Shown: piece by piece, positions 14,762-46,300 of the stretch
Layout of the letters: each line of letters opens with the position of its first letter
Position numbering within the stretch: the first letter of the stretch is position 1
DNA from: Chrysomallon squamiferum
Taxonomy: Eukaryota > Animalia > Mollusca
Direction: 5' to 3'
Assembly: GCA_012295275.1 (NCBI GenBank)
Contig: CM022679.1
Location: 8,308,001 to 8,372,000 of the forward strand
Length of the DNA stretch: 64,000 nucleotides
Notes under the pieces: generated by a model
The model's input: only the letters and a program-made list of their open reading frames with translations
The model's database searches: none
Told to the model about the DNA's origin: nothing
Program-made: the position numbers and the translations under genes

Positions 14762-17571
14762 TCATTTTTAACACAAATTACTAATACTTCTGTTAACAGA
14801 AGGGTCAGAACAAACAAACATTTTTTTTTTTTTTGATTTCTAAAATAAACACACTGAGGTAACAGCTGACAAGTAATGTATAATGAAGTGACGCTGAACA
14901 AATATTAATTTCCCCACAGTTAAAAAAGTCTGACAGGATTGAGTAGCAAACTCACACTTTTCCAGAGCTTGCAGATGACAAAGTGATGAGACTGGAACAC
15001 AGCTTTTGAGATGAAACTTTTTCAGTGGTCAGAGATAAAGTATTAATTTTGTTTAAAACAGCTAGCAGTATCAATCTGCGTTTGAAAAATGGCTGGGCTT
15101 TAGAGATGACAAGTTGATGAAACTGCGATACTGCCTGAATACAAAATAAAGTACCATCTTTGTGATTATTTTTTTATTTTTTTCTTCAGTAATCTGAATA
15201 TTAATTAAAAATTGTTAACTGTATCAGTCTGGGGTTTTTTTGAAAGTTTTCTAGATGTTAAGACAAGGAGGAACTGTTATATACAGTCTATTTACAGAAT
15301 AAATCATTGTGTTAGAATTCGAAACTTTTCCTGTAAAAAATATTAATGTGAGACATGAAATCAAATATCAGTTTCATTAAAACTGCTAAATGTATCAGTC
15401 TGAATCTGAAAGTATTTCTAGACTTTAATAAGTGCGCGTAAACTATGATACATAGTCTGGATACAGACCATTGTCTTTGAAATATCAGAGTATTGTCTTT
15501 GAGCTCGAAACTTTTCCAGCAATAAATATTATTATTTTAATCTGAAACATGACAAAAATGTATTAATTTCATTAACACCTCAAACAGTATTGGTAACTAA
15601 TTTAAAGTTTTCTATACCTAACAAAGAGATGAAATTTTTTTTTGTTAAATACAGAAAGCTTTAATTATTTCTGAATCTGAGAGTTCTCTTAATAAATACC
15701 CTGATATGGTAATAAATAATAAATTACATTAAAACATCTAACATGTTCCTATAACCTTTGCATGTTAAAGAAACTCAGATGTTAAGGGTTATTTGTTGCA
15801 TTAGAGAATTTCATTACCTTCACTTTGAAATTTCTCTGTAATAAAAACCAAGCTAAGGTATGAATATATATTATTCATTTCATTAAAACATCTAACAGCA
15901 ACTGACAGGTTTGTATTTCTAGATCTTGTATAGAAAAGAAACTTGGATGTTACGGGTTATTTTTTTTTTTTTGGCAAACAGAATAAAGATTTTCATTGTC
16001 TTTAATTTGAGGTTTCTCAGTAATGGATTACTAAGCTAAGGCTGGAGCAGATCCAGCTTTTCTGATAAGTGTGGTGTCCATAACAAACAGAGCACACTAA
16101 CATTATGAAAAGGCGCTATTGAAAAATTACACACAATTCACATGGACAATAATAATATAATAGTGCTACAACAGGGACACTAGCAGATGTATTCTACAGT
16201 GTTCTTCACACTGAAAGAAATTTTAAAACACTAAAAAAATTTGCAAAAAATCCTAAAAATCCTAAATAAAAAGAGCACATCTTCAAATCTGATGGGAGAG
16301 GCATCTGGATGCCTTGGATCTCCTCTCTAGATCCACCCTAGTAAGGTATGATAATAGTTTGTTCATTTCATTAAAGCATTAAACCAGCAAAAGTAACTTA
16401 ATTTACTGTTTTTATATATGATGAAGAAACTGAGGTTGCACTTTGTTGCATACAGAATAAAGAATTTCATTGGGATTAAGATTTCTCAGTAATAAATGAT
16501 ACTAAGTTAAGATATAAATGATTCATTTCATTAAAGTATCCAATTAACAGTGTCAGTAACTAATTTACAGTTTTTCTATCTTTTACAAAGTAAAAAAAAA
16601 CAAAGTCTTGTTTAGAACACTTTGTTGCATACAGAATAATGAATTTCACGGGTGTTAAGATTTTTCCACAATTAAAATTAAGCTAAGATATGAAAATAGA
16701 TAATTAATTTCACTGGTTATAAAAAAAAATTTAAAAAAAAAGAAGAAAAGATAAATAGTAAAAAGATTAATGTATATTATATACAGTAATACACAGAGAA
16801 ATATTCATGTGTCCTGATCAGTTTTTTTTAACTCATCACTGTATTTTTATAACATAAACAGACTTGTAGATTATCAAATCTTTATGTTTCACAGACAATT
16901 TTGTTTCTGAAGTAGGAATGAAAAGTGCAATACAAATATAACACCTTAACAGAGCTTTTTCCTGACTATAATTATTAGGATTTATTTATAGAGTATGATA
17001 TATATTTTATCTTATCAAGTAATTTAACAAATTTAAAAAACAAAAATGTGTGTGTGGGTGTGATAAAATATGGAAATTTATTTAACTGAATAATTACATT
17101 TTTATGAAAACCAGTACAAGAAGACCTTATTTTCATTTATCTTTTTATGAAAAAAAAAAAAAAAAAAAAAATAAAAATTAAAAAAATTTGTTGCTCTTCT
17201 TCTTATTATTATAAAATAACCCCTAGATTCCAATACATTAAAAAAGCATGATGTGAAATTTCAATATGAATTGTAAAAGTGCTGATCAAAATGATTCGTG
17301 TTGCTGAAAACTGCAGATGGAATTAATAAAACTCACAGGAATAAGAAAATGACTTCAGCTACATGCAGGCTGTGTTTTTTTTTTTTTAATATACATGCAG
17401 ACATTGATCATCTGATAAAATGTAAACTAATATACGTGATGTAACAGTGTATTGATCAAACGTGTCCAGTACAATCTGCACATGTAGGGCTGTCACTGTA
17501 TGTCATTCGAACTGTGTAATGTCATTATTTTCAATTCTAAGTAGTAACTGTTCTTCTTCAACGTATGCATC

Positions 17572-17616
<45 letters not shown>

Positions 17617-19034
17617 AAAGAGAGACTGATTTGTATTATTAGGTATTATATATTTTTAATACTAAAAAGAAAAAATAATAAAAAATAAAAATTCTGTTTA
17701 ATATTATGAGGTTGTATAATTGTATAAAATAGTTTGGGTTTGTTTGTTTGTTTTGGTGTAGTTTTTTTTTTTTCAGATTTGTGTAAAATGAACTTCACCA
17801 GCTAAACAAATACAGATTTGTATATCAGAAATATGTTATTATTATTATTATTATTTTATTTTTATTTTTTTAATTAGAAAAGAAACTTTTGAGAAATTTG
17901 TAAATTAAGCAAACAGGTCAAATATAATCTTTTTAAACAAAAATAAATTAAAAAACAAATAAAAGGGAGATGAAATCTAAATTTTAAATTATTATTTTAT
18001 TAATATAAGCCATTTTTTTCTTTATTATTATTAATAGTTATTTATTTTTTTAATATAGGACATTTTTTTTTTAATTAAAAAAGTTTTTAAAACATTTATG
18101 TAATAATTTTTTTTAATGTTGGTGATTGTTACATGAAGACGTATGCTGAAATTTTTTAAAAGTATAATCTGACAACACTAATTAAACTGTATTATCTAAA
18201 AAAAATAAAAATAAAAAAGATATTAGTTTTTGTGGCCTAATAAAATAAATATGAAGTCAAATGTTTTAATACAGGATTATCCTTAAAGTTATTATGTATA
18301 TTATATATTATATATACTGCATTTGTTTACTATTAATTTAACAAATATATAAAGAATGAGAAAATCAAATTAACTAACTTAACAAGTAAGTTAGTAACAG
18401 ATCCATGATTGTAACAATAAAAACAACTTTTTATAATGGCATTTTACTAACTAGCTACACACACATTTTAATTAACTCATCTATAACTGACAGGAAATTA
18501 TGTATATTTGACATTTTCAATTCATTCCTGTCACTACAAGGTTTAAACAAGAAATATGAGATTATGATCTACCGCTCGATACATTCTCTACAACAGACGG
18601 CTACGATAGTAATAAAAATAAAGCTTTGTTATCGTTCTTCAGCTCTTATTACAGATTTTTATAAGTGAAGCTATACTTTCAAAGTGACAGAAAAAATAAA
18701 AAGAAAGAGTGCCAAATATTGCCCATAACTAGACATATATATAAGACTTTAACGTTAGTTCTGTTAACTAACTCTAACATAAAGGCCAGTATTCAACAGG
18801 CGCGGTAAACATTTCCTGTGTCAAAACAATGTCAACAGAGCACACGCTAAATAATACTCGAATTTTAAAAAACAAAATTAAATTGCATACCACGTAACAG
18901 ATCGTGTAGATAAACAGCAGAATTTTGTTGAGCACGTGTGCGGCACACGACGGGCAGAAGGAAACCCGAAAAGGTTTTCGTTTCTGCCTCATCTCTGGCA
19001 ACATTTTCTGCATGCCTTCCGATTCCGCCGCCAT
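1351..19034 (-). CDS. TSPAN15: Tetraspanin, TspanC8 subfamily (TSPAN15-like), 5' part: coding exons 19034-18891, 4148-3962, 1425-1351; 3' exons lie beyond the window start
   Basis: Spliced translation is MAAESEG...LNKILLFIYTICYV | IVGLALMVVGVFVEIERQQIQSLDN..LALPVALLILVGLVIFITALCGCIGTVKENPTLLKV | FLVVTVIVFLIQVTIGIIAYIYRKQ. This gives TM1-TM3, the GCxG..KEN..LL tetraspanin motif, and VGVFVEIERQ resembling TSPAN15 VGIYAEVERQ. All junctions are GT-AG in phase 0. Exon 2 has one extra base (see findings). Orthology is from memory of the family. Confidence 0.85.
1430..1830. repeat. ~32-bp minisatellite abutting the tetraspanin exon 3 acceptor
   Basis: About 12 copies of aacaatattaatcattagaaattctaaattaa. 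Confidence 0.9.
3962..4148 (-). CDS. TSPAN15: Tetraspanin coding exon 2 (187 nt, internal +1 frameshift near 4065-4075)
   Basis: Acceptor ttttccag|ATA, donor GTG|GTGAGT. The 5' half is in ORF 3927-4391 and the 3' half is in ORF 3863-4069, which are different frames. Confidence 0.85.
4150..4620. repeat. Tandem copies of the tetraspanin exon 2 acceptor and 5' end, decaying into a ~30-bp minisatellite
   Basis: Copies of aaacaccccaaccaccatcagYgccagccccactatctg and of gatacagaaaacaggtataatatatataaaca. Confidence 0.92.
9435..9720 (-). mobile_element. Degenerate tRNA-derived SINE-like copy
   Basis: The reverse strand begins gtggttagagaattggcctgaagca, similar to gtggttagagcactggcctgaggca at 56185. 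Its tail aagaaatgcttta is the complement of the tail at 45097. Confidence 0.5.
10262..11040. repeat. Compound minisatellite (core acttgaaaactggta, ~40/84-bp period)
   Basis: More than 15 recurrences of tacttgaaaactggta with alternating spacers, degenerating toward the right. Confidence 0.85.
15040..16710. repeat. Old, diverged ~170-190-bp tandem repeat
   Basis: Recurring tttcattaaaac, tttgttgcatacagaataa-gaatttc and agctaaggtatga motifs. Confidence 0.65.
16042..16341. mobile_element. 300-bp MITE-like insertion with degenerate terminal inverted repeats and an apparent TAAGG target duplication
   Basis: agctaagg[ctggagcagatccag...ctagatccaccctag]taaggtatg, compared with the uninterrupted repeat unit agctaaggtatg at 15851. 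Confidence 0.6.
18891..19034 (-). CDS. TSPAN15: Tetraspanin coding exon 1 (48 aa, cytoplasmic tail and TM1)
   Basis: ATG in acaATGG context; ends TAC GTG|GTATGC; CpG-rich relative to flanks. Confidence 0.85.
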
Positions 19035-19064
19035 TGTACAATCCCAACTGTTTCGTTAGTAGAA

Positions 19065-19991
19065 GTCATGTGACTGTCACGTGGTCGTTTTTTTTTTTTT
19101 TTAACCTTTTTTTTTTCCCTCTCGCACTGAAACAAACAAAAAGTCAAATCGTAGGCCTACTTTCCACGTGCACAATGAGTTGCAATAATAATAATAATAA
19201 AGTTTTTATTCTTTTTAAACGTTATACCGTTATTTTCATAATTGTGTTTCATCTTGCAGGTGTTACGTTTTCTCTGACACGTTTACAAAGATTACAATTG
19301 AAAATGTTGAAAAATACTGGAAACAGTTATGTTGCGTGCATTTATTGTATTATTTATTTATTTATTTATATTTCTTTGAACTACTTTTTTTTCCTGTTCC
19401 ACAGACTTGCACATAATACTATTTTACATTTCCATGGTTTTAAAAAAAAAAAAAAAAAAAAAAATTTTTTATTTTACTTCGATAAAACGATCTTCTTTCA
19501 TTTTGTATTCAAATTTTTATAATTATTGTACCATTTGTTTGACAATTTATTTATTTATTTATTTATTTATTTATCATTATAATTTTTAATGGAATTTTTT
19601 CATTAGAAAATTACATTTACAAAAGTGATGACTTTCTTCTGTTCATTATTAAATCTTCCTGGCACTTGGACTGTCTTAATACTTTGGACAGCTAATTAAA
19701 ATATTCTCTAGTGACCTTCATAATTACGTCTGGATCAAAACTGACCCCTGAACCAGTGACTTAACTTCCGCACCACCTGACAGCCAGAAGCCAGTTCATC
19801 ATAAAATAACATCATATTTTCAAATGGTATTATTTTAGGTTAGAGAATACAAATGTTCATTCTACTGTGCTTAAATTATTTTGTTTAATCAGGTATCTTT
19901 GTGTTATCTTCTGTTATCACCCAAAGGTTGACTGTATCATACGTTCACATGACACGCACCTCACATATATATATATATATAGTCTTGTGAC
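19065..19991. promoter_or_regulatory. Divergent promoter with CLEAR/M-box (MiT-TFE-type E-box) motifs
   Basis: GTCATGTGAC 19065-19074, GTCACGTGG 19076-19084, CACGTG 19165-19170, TCACATGAC 19945-19953 and GTCTTGTGAC 19982-19991, all between the divergent ATGs at 19034 and 20043. Confidence 0.6.
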
Positions 19992-20042
19992 CTGTACAAT
20001 GAACCACATATTTCACATCTGAGGATATTTTTAAAATTAACA

Positions 20043-39755
<19,713 letters not shown>

Positions 39756-40310
39756 ACATACCAGAAATAACTATCAGTCCAAATAATTATCAGTATCTAC
39801 CCTTACATTTTGTACCAGAATTTACCACAAGTAAAAATAATTAAATGTACAACAGTAGAACTGGACAAAATAACCTATATAATGCAACTGTAAAATATTA
39901 TATACAAAAAAAACCCCACCTATATGATATTGTGTACAAGAAATATAATGTTATGTAAAAAGACTATGATGTTACATATGTAATGAAGATGTCAATAATA
40001 ATAATAATATAAATAACTTTAAAACAGTGATTAAAAATTGAGTAATTAAATGAAGGTGTATTATTGTTTGATATACTCGTAATATGTGAAATTAACACTT
40101 ACATTATGATAATTTTAAAACAGATTTTAAAAAACAATTAAATACAAATTTTTGTTTAATAGCTCATAATCTGTACAAGTCCCATAAATTATATAACATT
40201 TTTGATTGATAATTAACTATATATTTAAATGAGAAAATAATTTTAAAAATATTTTAAATTGATTTTAATTATTAATATACATGAAACTAACAAAAATATC
40301 AGTTGAAAAT

Positions 40311-40425
40311 AATAAATTTTTATAAATATTTTATTTTGTTTTGAAATGTTAATTATATATTAACTACACCTGTTTTATACAAAATGTTTCAAATATTTAT
40401 TTTCTTAAATATTAATTGCAATAAA
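40311..40425 (+). terminator. Candidate poly(A) signals for the saposin gene
   Basis: AATAAA at 40311 and 40420, followed by T-rich sequence; weak evidence in such AT-rich DNA. Confidence 0.25.
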
Positions 40426-41462
40426 AAGATTTATATATTTCTAATTTTAGTTGAAGTTGCTTGCTCGTTTCTTTTATTTATTTATTTATTTTTATTCAAC
40501 ACTTGTTGTTTTGGATATGAACCATCGTTATTATTTTAGTGACAAAAAAAAAAAAAAAATTAACAAAATTAAAAAATTAAAAAGGATGTTATTAAAAATG
40601 GTAATAAAGGAAATAAACAAATGGACCATTCTGCAAACAAATAGTTCTATTTTTATTATTATTATTTTATATATTATTATTATTATTTCTTGCACCATTC
40701 TTTCAGTCTCCCGGTGTTTTCTGACAGACGCTGTTGGGTGCATTAAGTGGAGTCAAATGTTATAACTGGCTTTGATGTATTATAACAATGTAATAGCATA
40801 ACCAGACAAATGACCTTGAACTTACTGCACGACACATTTTTTTTTACACTTTCATTTCAGTTTATTTTTAAAAAATAAAACAAATAACATATATATTTTT
40901 TAAATTATATTTTCATTTCGTATTCATTATAAATAAAAATAATTAAACATATTCTTTTTTTTTTTCTTTTTTTTAAATAATTGTTTGATTTTAATTAATA
41001 AAAATTTAAAAAAAAAAAAAAAAAAAAACCGCCATAAACCAATATGTCATCTTTCAGCCGTTTTAGTTACCCTGGATAATGAATTTAAAATTACTTTATT
41101 AGAGTGTATGTAATGGTACCTTTTTAATAATGAAAATCCACTTTCGCCCCTACCCCTAACTTTAGAACCGAAGCTACGCCCTTAATAATATCTGTATTCT
41201 TAAACAAACGAACCGAAACGGCGAATTCTTCAATCGAGGATATAACAATTTCAGGTAATGTAAATTTTTAATTTTGAGAAAACCCCTGAGTGGTGAATCC
41301 CAACGCTTTGCAAAAATCGATTCCGACGTGCTGTGATGATATATCATTTCACTAATTACCACAGATACAGTTTAAATATTGGGTTCTTTCATTTTGGCGG
41401 CGGCTATGCTGATAGTGATAGGCAGTGATTGATTTTTGGTAAACGCGTGTATGTATATTTGT

Positions 41463-41538
<76 letters not shown>

Positions 41539-41699
41539 GTGGTTAAATTCAGGATTTAACCATTCAACATTCCGGTCTTCACTGATAGGCCTAATAGTAG
41601 TTTGACACACGCAAACTGAATATTTGCGCGCGCTTTCATGCAAAAACAAAAGAGAGACCCACAAACAATGCAAAGTTAAAGATCGTACATTTTCCTCCA

Positions 41700-41731
<32 letters not shown>

Positions 41732-43005
41732 AATCTTAAAATTTATTAATTACAGTTTATAAATATTTAATAATTAAAAAAATGACTATACAAATCGGTA
41801 AGACATTAATTTTTTTATTTCGTATCCTGAAAGAATTCGATGTGCAAACCGTTGTCTGAACGTAAGCCATTATCATCCGCCTGGCAGGTTATTTGTTTTC
41901 ATTCTGTCACCCAGAAAAGAAAACAATTCGCTGCATAAATAAATAATCTAATTGCCCAAGCACAGACCAGTGGTCTTTAAGAAACGTCAAAAAGAGTAAA
42001 CATCAACCTCAAAAGACAATAATTATTGTTCTACCCTTTCCCCAAATGATCCGGATAAAGAAACTTAAGGCTATTCGATTAGATCAAGTTAATTTGGCCT
42101 GACGGGGCTAGAGTGTTGGTAACTTTTGATTCCGAAGTCGTGCTTGCCCACAGATTAACGGGATTAGCCTCGGTAATTTGTTTATGTTGCTGATTGTTTT
42201 GAAACGCACAAGCCGATGACACCCGAGTTCCTCCAGGCTGCAGAACGGTGACACTCCGGCGCCCTTGGGCAGGGCTCGCTCAGAAAACATCTGTCACCTC
42301 AGACTGAATAATCGTGCCACTGTTTGTGATCTAATTTACATACGGAACGTGCAGTTAGTAATGAATAGCATTCAAATAGTAACTGAAGTATACATTAAAT
42401 TATGAAAAAATTAAACAAAACTTCATCCTCTCGCTTACAGAATTTACGAAATAAATCATCACTTGCACTTGTGCACTAAAAATCTGTGTAATAAATACTT
42501 TCAACTTAGTTAAATTTTTTAACCAAAAAAAAAAAAAAAAAAAAAAATTAATGATATTAAATAAGATAAATAAATATAATATCAGAATAATAAGTTTATA
42601 TTAATTTCAGATGCACATTATTTCCAAAACTATAAAAACTTAATTTTCATCCAGTAAAAAAAAAAATCACACAAAAACATACACACACACATATATATAA
42701 ATTTTCTTTTTCTTTTTGCAGACATCAGATTTTATGAGAGAAACAGCGTCGTTTTCTTTCTTATATTTCAGTCCTAAGGCTTGTTATTTTAACGCAACAC
42801 ATAAAACGAACTCCCATTATATTTTATGAGATAGCCCCTCAGGTTGTGCACAGGGCTCTCAGGTTATCTCCCCTGGTAAATCTTGCCGGTAGTTCCCCGC
42901 GAGAGGGCGAGCTACTTCAAAGTTTCTTTATCGACAGGTGATACGCCTGCGTCTTGGTGCGTCCAGATTTGAACAGAACGGCGGTTCGCACAAAACCATG
43001 AAAAC

Positions 43006-43381
43006 ATGACTGCGAGGACTTACAGCGACAATCAGAGACTGCTGAAGAACCATTCTGTCACGTCAAAGTGTCTAGCAATTGTTCTGCAGGAAAATAGCAA
43101 AGCAGACAACGAAAATCTCGGATCGGCAAATACCGATGCACCAACGTCAGTTCAAAAAGCACACAATGGGAAGGATCTGTTTGATGATTTCAAACTGAGG
43201 AATAAAACTTGCTACTGGAACCCGTCGCTAATCGAAAGCATAAAGAACCTGGGATATCTCGGTTTTGTCGAGCCTTCGACTATTTTAGTTGGAGGAAGTG
43301 ATATTCATCTGGAAAACCTGAGGTCTGCATGGGGAAGACGAGTTTTGAAGGCACCGGCCGGTTTCAGTGTCGTCCGAATAG
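43006..43381 (+). CDS. STOX1: STOX coding exon 1
   Basis: ORF 43006-43386; donor ATA G|GTTAGA. Confidence 0.88.
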
Positions 43382-46300
43382 GTTAGAATCATTTTTTTTG
43401 GCATTTTGAATTTTATGTCATATTATTCTTGTTATTAGTTATCAATGTAGTGATCAGAAAATGTTGTTTTTTTTTTTTCTTTTTTTCTTTAGATATTTAA
43501 AATGATTATTTGTCTTTCTAAGGTAAAACAATAACACTTAACAGGTTAAGAAAATTAATTTGAAAATAATATAATTATATAAAATAATAATGACTAAATT
43601 AACTACCAACCCAAGAACAGAAAGAAATAAAACATCAAAATAACTCAAAAATAAGGTGTCATCTGATTGTAAGAAAAATATATTTAAAATAAAAAAATAA
43701 AAAAATTTCACAGGTATAGATCTTTTTATATTAATACTTTTTAATTTTTTAATATTATTATTTAATGATAATTTTTATTTCAAGAAATATATTCTCAACT
43801 TTCTTGTTTTCATTTTCTTTCATGATATTGTCCCAACTATTACTGTCACTTTTAAAAAAAATTAAATTTGTAACTGAAAAGTCTGACATCTCTATCTGAA
43901 ACAACAAACTTAGAAACTAGCAGAAGAATGTAGTAAAGAAATTATACTTGTCAAGTGTTATTTTCATTCAACATTTAAATGAAAACTGATTATGCTCGTT
44001 GCAATATCTATCAGTGTTCATGATCTGAACTTTGTAGTTGAGTTTTGCATGTTCCTGTTGCGCCTGTATCATTAAAAACATACAGCTTACAACTGTGGGT
44101 ATACGTAAGCTTGTTTTAATTACGAGAATGTATGTGTCTTTCAATAACGATTTAAAGATACAGTTTTAAGAATGCCAATGCTTACATACAGGTTGAAGTG
44201 ATACATCCTTTCGGAAACAACATGTTTATGGTTTATTCTCAAATCTGCCAGAACTAATTTTATTTTTATTTTTGCCAAGATCCTCTGGCAGCCAAACATA
44301 ATGTTTCAATTACCGTGACAAAATGCATTGTATGCCTCAGTGTTGACAGATAGATGTTATTTATGCAATGTTTGTGCAGTTCTGTTCATTACACAGTGGT
44401 AAATAATAAAAGTGAAACGTCACAGGATGGGAAATGTACAAAACATAGTTTATTTATGTTGGATGTACTTTTGTTACATCTGCATTACTTAGGCATTTTG
44501 TTTGGATTTTCATTTATGGTGGATGTGTTGTTGTTACACCTAACATTATTTAGACATTTTCTGTTTTTATTTTGTTTGCCAACCACGGTATATATCATGT
44601 ATGTTTGGCTGACACTGGGAGGATAAATGAACATTTATGATAAAAACAGCATGTGTTGAAGGAAAATGTCACCTTTCATGAACATTAATTGGAAAACAAA
44701 AAATCTTGCTTAGTTAATCAGAATTTTGAAATTGTAATAAGGGCATTAAGATAAATCATAATGCTTCTTGCCCTGTTGTTAAAACCAGAAGAGTTACAAT
44801 CTTGGTGAGTGAGTTTGAAATAAAGACAGAGATTTGCAATTTCTTATTGGCAGACATGTGTTACTTAGTGCAGCTTGAATACACTCTCTTGGTTATTTCT
44901 GCTTTGTGTCCTACAACTGATTCATCACAAATGCATGGTACATGCTCTTCTATTGACCACAGCTCTTCATATACAAAAGAAATAACCCTTCATGTGGCAT
45001 TAACAAGTTTCCTCTCTCATTAACTGCTGGATTCATTAACTGCATGAGGACACGTAACAAGCACAGATTAAAAAATATGTCAAGTGTATCGTTAAACAAA
45101 GCATTTCTTTCTTTTTCATCTTCAACTGCATTCACTGACAGAGTGATGCCAGGTGCAGCCATTCATTGCACAATCAGACAGTGCTAGGTAAATAATACAG
45201 GAGAAGGAGGAAAAAAACTGAGATCTAATTTAGAAATAAATTTGTTGTCACTGTCTTGCATGTAAATTGGTTAGTTTTCTGTTCGGATTCTTTTCCCGTT
45301 GCAGCCACTGACTGATATATCAAACTTCAAAGGTTAAACTTGTCAATGCATACAAATGTTCGCTTGCTGATAATTGGTAGCTACAGCTCTGGGATTCACA
45401 ACAGCACATTTTCAATCTTAGGCGAAACCAGACAGTGATTACAGAACTGGCAGCAATGATTAATCTGTGTTTTGATTTATTTTTGAAACCCAGTTATTTC
45501 AAAGCATGCAGACTCATAGCTGGTTCCTTGTTACTTTTGATGAAATAAAATTTATATGTAACCTTTGTGAACAAAGACAAAAAAAAAATAAAGAAAAGGA
45601 ATTCATTTTTGTTGAAAGAACATATTTTGCAGGGTGTTTAAAAGTGTGTGTATGAAATAACTGGATGTATCATTTACATTTATCCACCCTGCATTTCAAA
45701 CACAGACCTTTAGAAGAGTGAATTAAAGCCACTTAGCATTGTAATCACCTATTTTAGAATAAAACAAGCAGGTTCTGCCCTTGGCTATGCACAGTTAGCT
45801 TTGTCATCAGCTCATTGATGCAAAAGAGGCCTGAAGACAGTAGCAGCCTAACAGTGCTTGCATCAGCATTTGACACTTGTAATTGCTGGTGTAGCTTCAC
45901 TCTCTACAGTGTTGAATGTTAATTAGTCAAGTTTGGCTGTAATTAAATTCCTGGTATTTGTTCTCTTAACTGTGCACACCCAGTTGTAGTGGCAACTTGG
46001 TTTCCATATTACACAATCTTCTTCACAGTAATTCAACACTGGCCATCTGCCACACTAAATATGCATGTTAAATATTAGTCTATACCCTGTATAATTAAAC
46101 AGTCTCCTGTGAAAAATTCAAAATTATTTTCTTCTTTTTTGGGGGGGGGGGAAAGCAATAAAATAAAAACAACACAAGCTGTATACTGGTTTTTGGGTTT
46201 TTTTTTTCTTAGTTTATTAATTTAAAATATTTAAAAAAAAACAATTTTTTATCTGCTCTGCTTGAACAATTAATGAACACCTGAATTAGTTACATTCATA

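Noticed and set aside
18938-19589. 194-aa plus-strand ORF
   Set aside because: It runs antisense through tetraspanin exon 1 and the promoter, with poly-F/N/K from homopolymer tracts and no recognisable domain
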